From an uncultured delta proteobacterium (GTDB lineage: Bacteria; Desulfobacterota; Binatia; UBA9968), in the NCBI GenBank assembly GCA_963728565.1, contig CAVSLC010000012.1, positions 1 to 64,000 on the forward strand: DNA of 64,000 nt, given 5' to 3'. The translations under genes and the position numbers were made by a program. A model generated the notes under the pieces. The model did not search any database. It had not been told where the DNA came from and saw only the letters and a list, made by a program, of their open reading frames with translations. How positions within the stretch are numbered: the first letter of the stretch is position 1; each line of letters opens with the position of its first letter. Below are positions 19,557-28,146 of this stretch, in pieces.

Positions 19557-20966
19557 ATGGCAGCATCGCTCACCCAACAGCAAAAGCTGGTGCACTTTCT
19601 CAACCGCACCAGCTTCGGCCCGACACGTCAAGAACTCGAAAAACTTCAGCAGTCGGGAATTACCGCCTATCTAGACCAACAACTCAGCCCGGACCAAATC
19701 CCCGATTCGGTTGTCGCGGATAGAGTTGCCGAGCTCAAAACCATGCGTTTGAGCAGCCGCGAGCTGCTTGAGCTATATCCGCAAGCCGCGGTCGCGCAAG
19801 CCAAAGGCATGGACATGACGCAGATGCAGGGGCCGCGGCAGGTGATTCTGGAGCTGCAGCTTGCCAGATTGATCCGTGCGGTTTACAGCCGGCGCCAGCT
19901 TTACGAAGTGATGGTCGACTTTTGGAGCAATCATTTCAATATATTCGCCGGCAAGGGCGCCGATCGCTGGCTCTCTACCTCCTTTGACCGCGACACCATC
20001 CGGCCCCATGCACTCGGGCGGTTTAAAGATCTTCTAGCTGCAACCGCGCAAAGCCCGGCGATGCTTTTTTACCTGGACAATTGGATGAGCGTCAGTCCGC
20101 AAAGTCCTGCGGCTCGAGGGGGACCGAATAACCGCCGCCGAGGTATCAATGAAAACTATGCCCGCGAGGTCATGGAACTGCACACGCTCGGGGTGGACGG
20201 CGGTTATACGCAAAAAGATATCCAGGAAGTCGCCCGCTGTTTTACCGGCTGGACGATCGAGCGACCGCGCGGCCAGGGCGAATTTCGTTTCGAGCAACGC
20301 TTCCATGATAGTGGCGCCAAAACTGTGCTTGGCACGCACATCGCCGCGGGCGGTGGCATGGAAGACGGCCTAAAAGTTATCGACATTCTGGCAAATCATC
20401 CGGCAACGGCAAAATTTATCGCGACGAAGTTAGCACGTCGTTTTGTCGCTGACGATCCACCGGCAGCCGTTGTCAGCAAAGCCTCCGCGGTTTTTCAACA
20501 GAGCGGCGGAGATATCGCGTCCGTAGTCCGCGCGATCATCGATTCGCCGGAGTTCTTTTCCGGCGAGTTTTACCAGAGCAAGGTGAAGAAACCCCTCGAA
20601 TATGTCGCCAGCGCGCTGCGAGTTACGAATGCTGAGACCAAGATTACCCACCCTCTGTTGCGTTATTTAAACCGCATGGGCGAACCGCTCTTCCTGGCGC
20701 AGCCGCCCACCGGCCATCCGGATATGGCAGCTTCCTGGATCAGTCCCGACATGTTGCTGACACGGGTGAATTTCGTCAGTGATTTGGTTGGCAATCGTCT
20801 GCCCGGCGCGCGCGTCCAAAAAGACATCGTCGGAGATCAGGAGTCGATGATTCGTCTGATCGCGCCCGACTCGATTTCCGCCGCCACGCGCGCGGCGATG
20901 AACGAAGCCAGCGGCACCGAATCGCTCGTTCTTCTGCTTGCAGCGCCGGAATTCCAGAGGAGATAA
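19557..20966 (+). CDS. DUF1800 family protein
   Basis: 'HFLNRTSFG', 'FWSNHFN', 'PAMLFYLDN', 'NENYAREVMELHTLG', 'PEFQRR'. Confidence 0.92.
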   Translation: MAASLTQQQKLVHFLNRTSFGPTRQELEKLQQSGITAYLDQQLSPDQIPDSVVADRVAELKTMRLSSRELLELYPQAAVAQAKGMDMTQMQGPRQVILELQLARLIRAVYSRRQLYEVMVDFWSNHFNIFAGKGADRWLSTSFDRDTIRPHALGRFKDLLAATAQSPAMLFYLDNWMSVSPQSPAARGGPNNRRRGINENYAREVMELHTLGVDGGYTQKDIQEVARCFTGWTIERPRGQGEFRFEQRFHDSGAKTVLGTHIAAGGGMEDGLKVIDILANHPATAKFIATKLARRFVADDPPAAVVSKASAVFQQSGGDIASVVRAIIDSPEFFSGEFYQSKVKKPLEYVASALRVTNAETKITHPLLRYLNRMGEPLFLAQPPTGHPDMAASWISPDMLLTRVNFVSDLVGNRLPGARVQKDIVGDQESMIRLIAPDSISAATRAAMNEASGTESLVLLLAAPEFQRR

Positions 20967-20968
20967 TC

Positions 20969-22189
20969 ATGGAAGCCTCACGCCGATCATTTTTAAAATC
21001 AGTCGGTCTCGGTTTTGTCGCGTTAGGATTGCCGCCGACATTTCTGGTTCGGGCGGCGGGTGCCGAGCAAAATGGCCGCGGCAAAGTCTTCGTCGTAGTG
21101 TTCCAGCGCGGCGGCATGGATGGGCTGAACGTAGTCGTGCCGTTTAAAGATCCCGCCTATTATATATTGCGTCCCAGTATCGCCGTGCCCGATCCGGCCG
21201 CGGTCGAAGACAAAGCCATAGATCTCGATGGCTTCTATGGGCTACATCCGGCACTTGCCCCGCTCAAGAGCATTTACGACAAAAGACATCTGGCAATCAT
21301 CCACGCGGCGGGTTCGCCGGATAATACGCGTTCCCATTTTGATGCCCAGGATTATATGGAACTCGGCACGCCTGGGCTAAAGAACACTCCGGATGGCTGG
21401 TTGAACCGATCGTTGGCCGGAAGGTCCAACTCGCCGATGCCTTTGCGCGCGGTCGCGATGACGGCGCGCACCCCAAGGATGCTCGCCGGCGAAACGCCTA
21501 CCTTGACTATTTCGTCCGTCGACGAATTTCGTCTGCGCAACGAACAGCTAAATAGCAGCCTGCAGAAACTCTACGCCACCACCACCGATCCGCTGTTTCG
21601 CCGGGGCGGTGAAAGCCTCTTCCAGGCGATGGCTACGCTACGCCAGGTTCAAGCGACGATTCCTGAAAGCACCGCGACCTATCCTAACGGCCGATTCGGC
21701 CAAAGTATGAAACAGATTGCCCGGCTGATTAAGAGTGAAGTCGGAGTGGAAATTGCGTTTGCTGAGATCGAGGGTTGGGATACCCACGTCAATGAAGGCG
21801 GCGCCAAAGGTCAACTGGCTAATCGGTTAAAAGAGCTGGGCGAAGGACTCAGCGCGTTTTATCAAGATCTCGGCGATCGGATGGAAGATGTCGTGGTGGT
21901 AACGATGTCAGAGTTTGGCCGCACCGCCCGGGAAAATGGCAATCGCGGCACCGATCACGGTCACGCCAACGTGATGTTCGCGCTTGGTGGCAACGTCCGC
22001 GGCGGCCGGGTTTTAGGTCGGTGGCCGGGCTTGGCTCCGGAAGTTCTTTATGAAGGACGCGATCTCGACCTGACCACTGATTACCGCGCCGTTTGCAGCG
22101 AAGTGCTACAGAAGCATCTTGGCCTTAAATCTTCAACAGCGGTATTCCCTGGATTTCGGTCTTCAGGATGGCTCGGATTGATCGGCTGA
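20969..22189 (+). CDS. DUF1501 family protein with Tat signal
   Basis: 'SRRSFLK', 'RGGMDGL', 'RSHFDAQ', 'GWDTH', 'SEFGRT', 'GTDHG'. Confidence 0.92.
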   Translation: MEASRRSFLKSVGLGFVALGLPPTFLVRAAGAEQNGRGKVFVVVFQRGGMDGLNVVVPFKDPAYYILRPSIAVPDPAAVEDKAIDLDGFYGLHPALAPLKSIYDKRHLAIIHAAGSPDNTRSHFDAQDYMELGTPGLKNTPDGWLNRSLAGRSNSPMPLRAVAMTARTPRMLAGETPTLTISSVDEFRLRNEQLNSSLQKLYATTTDPLFRRGGESLFQAMATLRQVQATIPESTATYPNGRFGQSMKQIARLIKSEVGVEIAFAEIEGWDTHVNEGGAKGQLANRLKELGEGLSAFYQDLGDRMEDVVVVTMSEFGRTARENGNRGTDHGHANVMFALGGNVRGGRVLGRWPGLAPEVLYEGRDLDLTTDYRAVCSEVLQKHLGLKSSTAVFPGFRSSGWLGLIG

Positions 22190-24010
22190 GATTGGTCCGC
22201 TATCAGTAGATGCTTCGGCGTCCGCGCCGTTTTGCCGCTCTAAGCGGTACTGCAAATCATAGAGCCGCGCGTACAGTCCAGCGCGGGCCAGCAATTCGTC
22301 GTGTCCGCCCTGCTCCCAAATCTGGCCTCTGTGAATGACTAGGATGCGGTCGGCATTCTTGATGGTCGAAAGACGGTGCGCGACAATGATCGCGGTTCGC
22401 TGTTTGAGCAACTCTTCAAGCGCCGTCTGGATCAGCAGCTCAGTCTCCGTGTCGACCGAACTCGTCGCTTCATCCAAAATTAGGATGCGCGGATCGAAAG
22501 CCAGGGCACGAGCGAAAGAAAGCAACTGGCGCTGTCCCTGCGACAAGGTCGAACCCCGCTCCTGAACTTCCGCGCGATAACCACCGGGCAACCTCTCAAT
22601 CAAGGGCGCGATTTGCGCGCGCCGCGCCGCTTCGATCATGCGCACCTCGCTGATACGTTCATCGCCAAGAGTTATATTGCTGGCAATGTCACCGGAAAAA
22701 AGAAAAACATCCTGCAGAACCAGCCCGAGTTGCCGACGTAATGCCTGCTTGTCCCAATCTCGGATGTCCACGCCATCGACCAGGATTGAACCGCGATCAA
22801 TCTCGTAGAAGCGACAAAGCGCCGAGACAATCGATGTCTTACCGCCGCCGGTGGCGCCCACTAGCGCAAGGCGCTCACCGGGCCGGGCGGTGAACGAGAT
22901 CCCTTTGAGAATCGGTTCGCCGTGCTTGTAAGACAGCCAAACGTCCTTGAACTCCACGGCGCCACGCAAGCGCGCGGGCATTACCGGCGCGGCGGAATTC
23001 TGAATGACTGGCTGGGTATCCAAAGTGCTGAAAATGCGTTCGGATGAGGCCATCGCAGCTTGCATGATATTGTACTTCTCCGCCAGATCGCGGATCGGTT
23101 GGTACATGCGCTGCAGGTACTGAATAAAGGCAACAATAACCCCCGCCTGCAGACCATCGATGCCGATCAACCAACCCCCATACCAAAGCACCAACCCAAT
23201 CGACAGCGCGCTGAAAATCTCGATGATTGGAAAAAAGACTGCATTGTAGCGCACGCTGCGCAGAAGCACGTTGCGGTAATTGGAGTTGATCTCCTGGAAC
23301 CGGTCGTACATCTTGCCTTCCTGACCAAAGACCTGGATGGTAGCGATGCCTGCAATGGTTTCTTGAAGCCTGGCATTGAGCCGAGCCAGGATTAAACGGC
23401 TTTCGCGATATACCTCGCGCGCCCGCCGTCGATAAAAGCGCGATGCGTAAATAATTACCGGAAAAACGCACAGCGCGATCAATGCCAGCTTCCAGTCCAG
23501 CCATAGCATGGCGCCGGCGATTCCGAATACAATGAACACGTCGCCCAACAAACCGACCACGCCGGTACTGAACAGTTCGTTCAGCGTCTCAACGTCATTT
23601 ACCGTCCGGGTCATCAAACGTCCGACGGGATTGCGATCGAAATAATCCATGTCTTGCCTCTGCAGATGCGTGAAGATCTGCATCCGCAAATCGTGCATCG
23701 CTCGCTGGCCGGCGTACTCGGTCGTATAAGTTTGAATGAAAAGAAAAATGAAACCGGCAATCACCGTGCCGAGATAGATGAGCACCATGGAATCCAAACC
23801 GCCGATGTCCCCGGTGGCAATATAGCGGTCGATAGCGATTTTGGTGATATAGGGGCGGAGCAGCTCGGTTGCCGTATGGGAGATCAAAAACGCAAGCGCC
23901 ACCGCTAGCAGCTTCCAATAGGGTTGGAGATAGCGCAGTATGCGGCGCATCAAGCGGGCATCGTAAGCTTTGCCCAGGATTTCGTCTTCGGCGTGCGGAT
24001 CTTGGCTCAC
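22163..24010 (-). CDS. ABC exporter subunit (MdlB-like, TMD plus NBD)
   Basis: GATGGGKT, degenerate LSQGQRQ signature, LDEATSSVD. Confidence 0.9.
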   Translation of the reverse strand: MSQDPHAEDEILGKAYDARLMRRILRYLQPYWKLLAVALAFLISHTATELLRPYITKIAIDRYIATGDIGGLDSMVLIYLGTVIAGFIFLFIQTYTTEYAGQRAMHDLRMQIFTHLQRQDMDYFDRNPVGRLMTRTVNDVETLNELFSTGVVGLLGDVFIVFGIAGAMLWLDWKLALIALCVFPVIIYASRFYRRRAREVYRESRLILARLNARLQETIAGIATIQVFGQEGKMYDRFQEINSNYRNVLLRSVRYNAVFFPIIEIFSALSIGLVLWYGGWLIGIDGLQAGVIVAFIQYLQRMYQPIRDLAEKYNIMQAAMASSERIFSTLDTQPVIQNSAAPVMPARLRGAVEFKDVWLSYKHGEPILKGISFTARPGERLALVGATGGGKTSIVSALCRFYEIDRGSILVDGVDIRDWDKQALRRQLGLVLQDVFLFSGDIASNITLGDERISEVRMIEAARRAQIAPLIERLPGGYRAEVQERGSTLSQGQRQLLSFARALAFDPRILILDEATSSVDTETELLIQTALEELLKQRTAIIVAHRLSTIKNADRILVIHRGQIWEQGGHDELLARAGLYARLYDLQYRLERQNGADAEASTDSGPISADQSEPS

Positions 24011-25779
24011 AGACGACTGTCCATTCGATCGAGCCTCTCAACTTCGCGCACTAGTTGTTGACGGCGGTAAAGCTCGTAGTAGGCACCCCGTCGTTCGAGC
24101 AGCTCGTCGTGGCGGCCTCTCTCGATGATCTCGCCCTGGCGCAGGTAAACGATCAGATCCGCATCGCGCACGGTTGCGATGCGATGGGAAACCAGCAAGG
24201 TAGTGCGGCCGGCCATAAAATCGCGCAGTCGCGCAAGGATCTTCTCCTCGGTTTCTGCATCGACACTGGAAAACGCATCGTCGAGGATCAAGATCGGCGG
24301 GTTTTTGATAATTGCCCGCGCCAATGCAGTGCGCTGCTTTTGCCCACCCGAGAGTCGCACGCCGCGTTCACCTATTATAGTTTCGAACTTGCCTGGAAAT
24401 TCCTGAACCGCAGGCAGAAGCTGCGCCGCGCTCGACGCCTCTTCGATGGCTGCTTCGTCAACTAGGTTCGTCCCGAACAGAACGTTTTCGCGAATGCTCC
24501 CCGAGAAAAGAAAGATGTCCTGCGAGACGTAGCCGACGGAATCAGTCAGTACTCGGGGCGGCATCTTGGTAATATCCATACCGTTGATGAAGATGGTGTC
24601 GGATGGCGGCTCGTGGAGCCGCAGCAGCAAATTAGCCAAAGTGCTCTTCCCCGAACCCGTTTCACCGACGATAGCGCATACGCTGCCCGCCGGAACGGCC
24701 AGGGTGATATTTTTCAGAGCCGGTCCATTATCGCCATAAGTGAAAGTAAGATTACGAAACTCTACCGCCAGATCGCTTGCGGGTTGCTGATCGGTAAAAA
24801 CGGCTGCGTCGTAGCGCGGCGACGGTTCGGCGTCTAGAACTTCGCCGATTCTGCTCAAAGCCGCGGTACCTCGCTGATACTGGTTGACAACGTAGCCGAT
24901 CGCCATTAACGGCCAGGTCAACATGCCCAGGTATCCGTTGAACGCGACAAACTCGCCGAGGCTCATGGTTCCCTGAAGCACCTGGCGCCCGCCGAGCCAC
25001 AAAACGATCGTCGCGGCAATACCGGAGACGACACGCATGAGCGGCCAGAATATTCCCCAGAGAATCGCCAGCCACATGTTTTTGCGCATGCACTCTGCGC
25101 TGATCTTCTCGAATCCGCGAATCTGATTGTCTTCCTGGGCGTAAACCTGAACAACGCGCATGCCCGCGAGATTCTCCTGGACGTAAGCACTTATGTCGCT
25201 TAACTGTTCTTGCACCGAATGGGACCAGCGGAAGATATGCCGGCCGAACGTGCGAACCGTCAGCGTGATCATCGGCATCGCCAGCAACGACCACAACGTG
25301 AGCCACGGATCGATATAGATCATGCAGGCTAGACTGAAAATAATCGTGATGATGGCATCGATGCTGGCAAGCGAACCGAATCCGAGCAATTCCCGCACCG
25401 CCTGAACGTCGATAGTAAGGCGGGACATCAAATCACCCGTCTTATTGTGCTGAAAGTAGCCGAGAGGGAGCTTCTGCAGATGACGAAAAACCTTTTCGCG
25501 TAGATCGGCTTCCGCTTTGCGTGAAAACCCGTTGATGTTGATGCGCCAGCAGTAACGAAAAAAACCCTGGAGGATTGCCGCCAGCAGGATCAGCAAGGGA
25601 AAATAAATCAGTGAGACGCCGGCTAATTTCTTCTGCACCGCCATATCGATGCCCTCCTTGATCAGCCACGGAAGCGCGATGCCCGTGATATCCGTACCGA
25701 TCAGTGAGAGCACTCCGAGAATGAGCTGGCGCCGATAGCGGTCGATGAGAAACTTGATGCGAAGGTAGTAGCGGTAAAT
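24007..25779 (-). CDS. ABC exporter subunit (MdlA-like, TMD plus NBD); start uncertain
   Basis: GETGSGKS, LSGGQKQR, degenerate Walker B 'LDDAFS'. The frame stays open upstream of GTG 25713. Confidence 0.88.
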   Translation of the reverse strand: MYRYYLRIKFLIDRYRRQLILGVLSLIGTDITGIALPWLIKEGIDMAVQKKLAGVSLIYFPLLILLAAILQGFFRYCWRININGFSRKAEADLREKVFRHLQKLPLGYFQHNKTGDLMSRLTIDVQAVRELLGFGSLASIDAIITIIFSLACMIYIDPWLTLWSLLAMPMITLTVRTFGRHIFRWSHSVQEQLSDISAYVQENLAGMRVVQVYAQEDNQIRGFEKISAECMRKNMWLAILWGIFWPLMRVVSGIAATIVLWLGGRQVLQGTMSLGEFVAFNGYLGMLTWPLMAIGYVVNQYQRGTAALSRIGEVLDAEPSPRYDAAVFTDQQPASDLAVEFRNLTFTYGDNGPALKNITLAVPAGSVCAIVGETGSGKSTLANLLLRLHEPPSDTIFINGMDITKMPPRVLTDSVGYVSQDIFLFSGSIRENVLFGTNLVDEAAIEEASSAAQLLPAVQEFPGKFETIIGERGVRLSGGQKQRTALARAIIKNPPILILDDAFSSVDAETEEKILARLRDFMAGRTTLLVSHRIATVRDADLIVYLRQGEIIERGRHDELLERRGAYYELYRRQQLVREVERLDRMDSRL

Positions 25780-25864
25780 CGTCGTTACCTTTTAGGGTCT
25801 GAGCAGATTTCAGAAAGACTGCTTGCTATATGGCGCCGCCCCGACGCATTAGACTGGAGCGAGA

Positions 25865-27328
25865 TCAGTCGGCAGAAGCGACAGTAGCAACGCCAGAACT
25901 TCCAACGACGTCGTTCCAATGGCCGGTCATTAGCTCCGACATAACGATTTCGACGTTAGCCAGCGGCACCCGAATTTGTTGCATTGTGTTACGGTCGCGG
26001 ATGGTGACTTTTTCATCAGCAGCCGACTTACTATCGCCAACGGTCTGAACGTCTATCGTCACGCAAAACGGCGTGCCTACTTCATCCTGCCGCCGGTACA
26101 GCCGGCCTATGGAGGCGGTGTCGTCGTAGACAGCGTGCCAGCGTTTGCGCAGATCCAGCATGAGCTTTTTTGCGGTTTCTACGATGCGATCGTTTTTCTT
26201 CAATAGCGGCAATACCGCGGTTTTTATCGGCGCGAGTTCGGGATGAAATTTCAATACAACTCGCTTCTCCGATCTAACTTCCTCTTCCTGATAGGCATCG
26301 ACCAAAAACGCCAGTGTCGCGCGGTCGGCGCCGGCGGAAGGTTCGATCACGTAGGGAACGATCTTCTGCTTGCTTTCTTCATCAAAGTACTCCAACGCTT
26401 TGCCGCTAAACTGCGCATGTTGTTTGAGATCGAAGTCGGTGCGGTTGGCGACGCCTTCCAATTCGCTCCAGCCCATCGGGAATAGATACTCGATATCGGC
26501 AGTGCGCTTGGCATAATGCGCCAGCTCGTCCTTGTCGTGTTCGCGCAATCGCAGGTTGTCTTTGCGGATGCCGTATTTCGGATACCAAGCAAAGCGTTCA
26601 TCGAGCCATCTTTGATGCCATTCTTCATCGGTGCCGGGCATGACGAAAAACTCGATCTCCATCTGCTCGAATTCACGGCTGCGAAAAGTGAAATTTCCCG
26701 GCGTGATCTCGTTGCGGAAGGACTTGCCGATCTGCGCGATACCAAAGGGCAGCTTCATGCGCATGGACTGAATAACGTTATCGAAGTTGACGAAAATACC
26801 CTGAGCAGTTTCCGGCCGCAGGTAAGCCACCGCGGCGTCCTCCTCCACCGCACCCATGAAAGTCTTGAACATCAAATTAAACTGGCGCGGTTCGGTGAGC
26901 TCGCCCTTGCCGCAAGCCGGGCACAGCGTGCGTCCGGCGCCGCAGTGTTTACAGGCCTCGCCAGGAGGCACGATAAACTTATTGCCTTTTGTCGCTGCGC
27001 AATAATGAACCCATTCCATCTCTTCGAGCTTGTCTGCACGAAATCGCTTTTTGCAGGCCCGACAATCCACCATCGGATCGGTGAAATGGTCGAGATGCCC
27101 GCTCGCCTGCCAAACCCTCGGATGCATAAGGATCGACGAATCCAACCCCACCATGTCCGGCCGCGACTGCACGCTGTCGCGCCACCACGCGGCCTTGACG
27201 TTATTCTTGAGCTCCACGCCCAGCGGCCCATAGTCCCAGCACGAACCGGTGCCGCCATAAATCTCACTCGATTGAAAAATAAAGCCGCGCCGCTTCGAGA
27301 GCGACACGATCTTGTCCATCTCTACCAT
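25865..27328 (-). CDS. glyQS: Glycine--tRNA ligase, alpha2 type
   Basis: '[15 protein letters not shown]', '[11 protein letters not shown]', 'FRNEITP', 'REFEQME', 'EPSAG', '[10 protein letters not shown]'. Confidence 0.95.
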   Translation of the reverse strand: MVEMDKIVSLSKRRGFIFQSSEIYGGTGSCWDYGPLGVELKNNVKAAWWRDSVQSRPDMVGLDSSILMHPRVWQASGHLDHFTDPMVDCRACKKRFRADKLEEMEWVHYCAATKGNKFIVPPGEACKHCGAGRTLCPACGKGELTEPRQFNLMFKTFMGAVEEDAAVAYLRPETAQGIFVNFDNVIQSMRMKLPFGIAQIGKSFRNEITPGNFTFRSREFEQMEIEFFVMPGTDEEWHQRWLDERFAWYPKYGIRKDNLRLREHDKDELAHYAKRTADIEYLFPMGWSELEGVANRTDFDLKQHAQFSGKALEYFDEESKQKIVPYVIEPSAGADRATLAFLVDAYQEEEVRSEKRVVLKFHPELAPIKTAVLPLLKKNDRIVETAKKLMLDLRKRWHAVYDDTASIGRLYRRQDEVGTPFCVTIDVQTVGDSKSAADEKVTIRDRNTMQQIRVPLANVEIVMSELMTGHWNDVVGSSGVATVASAD

Positions 27329-27603
27329 TAAACCGCCTTGGCTAAATTGAGAATAGAAATCAATGTAAAGGATGCGGCGGGCGGAGTCAAAAAGGCAATT
27401 CGTCGCCGCAGCAAAGTTAACGCGCAAGACTAACAGATTTCGCGCGATTGAAAAATAAAGCCTCGCCGCTGCGAGAGCGACACGATCTTGTCCAAATCTA
27501 CCATTGAGCCGCCTTGGGTAGTTGAGAATACGTTAATCTAATGGATGCCATGGGCAGAGTCAAAAAGGGAATCTACGCCGCCGCAAAGTTAAGGCGCAAG
27601 ACT
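27269..27603. repeat. Diverged tandem duplication (~160 bp x2: 27269-27431 and 27445-27603) of the glyQS upstream region and first ~20 codons
   Basis: Shared blocks CGATTGAAAAATAAAGCC, GAGAGCGACACGATCTTGTCCA, GAGTCAAAAAGG, GCAAAGTTAA and GCGCAAGACT. Confidence 0.9.
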
Positions 27604-28146
27604 GTCAAGCCGCTGCGTGGCATCGCCACTTTTGATTCAGAGGCGTATCCTCCCCATGAATGGTCGCAGCAGTGATCACGCTCCAAAGCATCGTCAAACC
27701 GCAGCATGTCCTATGAGTATTGCCTGTGCGAATCGCCTGCGGCGGGCATGCCGAATCTGCGTGGGCGCCCGCCCCGACCGCCTCTCCCATCCGCTGCCTT
27801 GCCAGCCTGACCAACGATCCTGCTCGCCTCTGCGCCGCTTCAACCAGCAGATGAAGGCAGGCACTGCAGGGCGCGTCTACTTTTCGAAGAAATGCTGCTC
27901 GAGGTTTCGGCATATGCCGCGCTAGAACCGGTAACGAAAAAGATACGTACGGGTTTCAAAGTATGCGGTCCGAGATGACCCAAAGTCGATTGTATATATC
28001 GGCCCTTGACCCGTGGTTACGAAACGTACTAAGTAGCTGCGGTCCCGCAACATATAATGTTGTGGATGGGAGCCGGAACGGGCCGCTGTTATTTTGATAC
28101 TAGTCGCGTCATGGAACATTCAACGAGTCAGCCACAGGAGTTGCCA

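Noticed and set aside
26516-27331. Long antisense ORFs (this one, 10508-11209, 48336-48923 and others)
   Set aside because: They are shadow frames of well-supported genes in GC-rich DNA.
27605-28119. Cys-rich short ORFs upstream of the protease
   Set aside because: No RBS, signal or recognisable motif; likely spurious.
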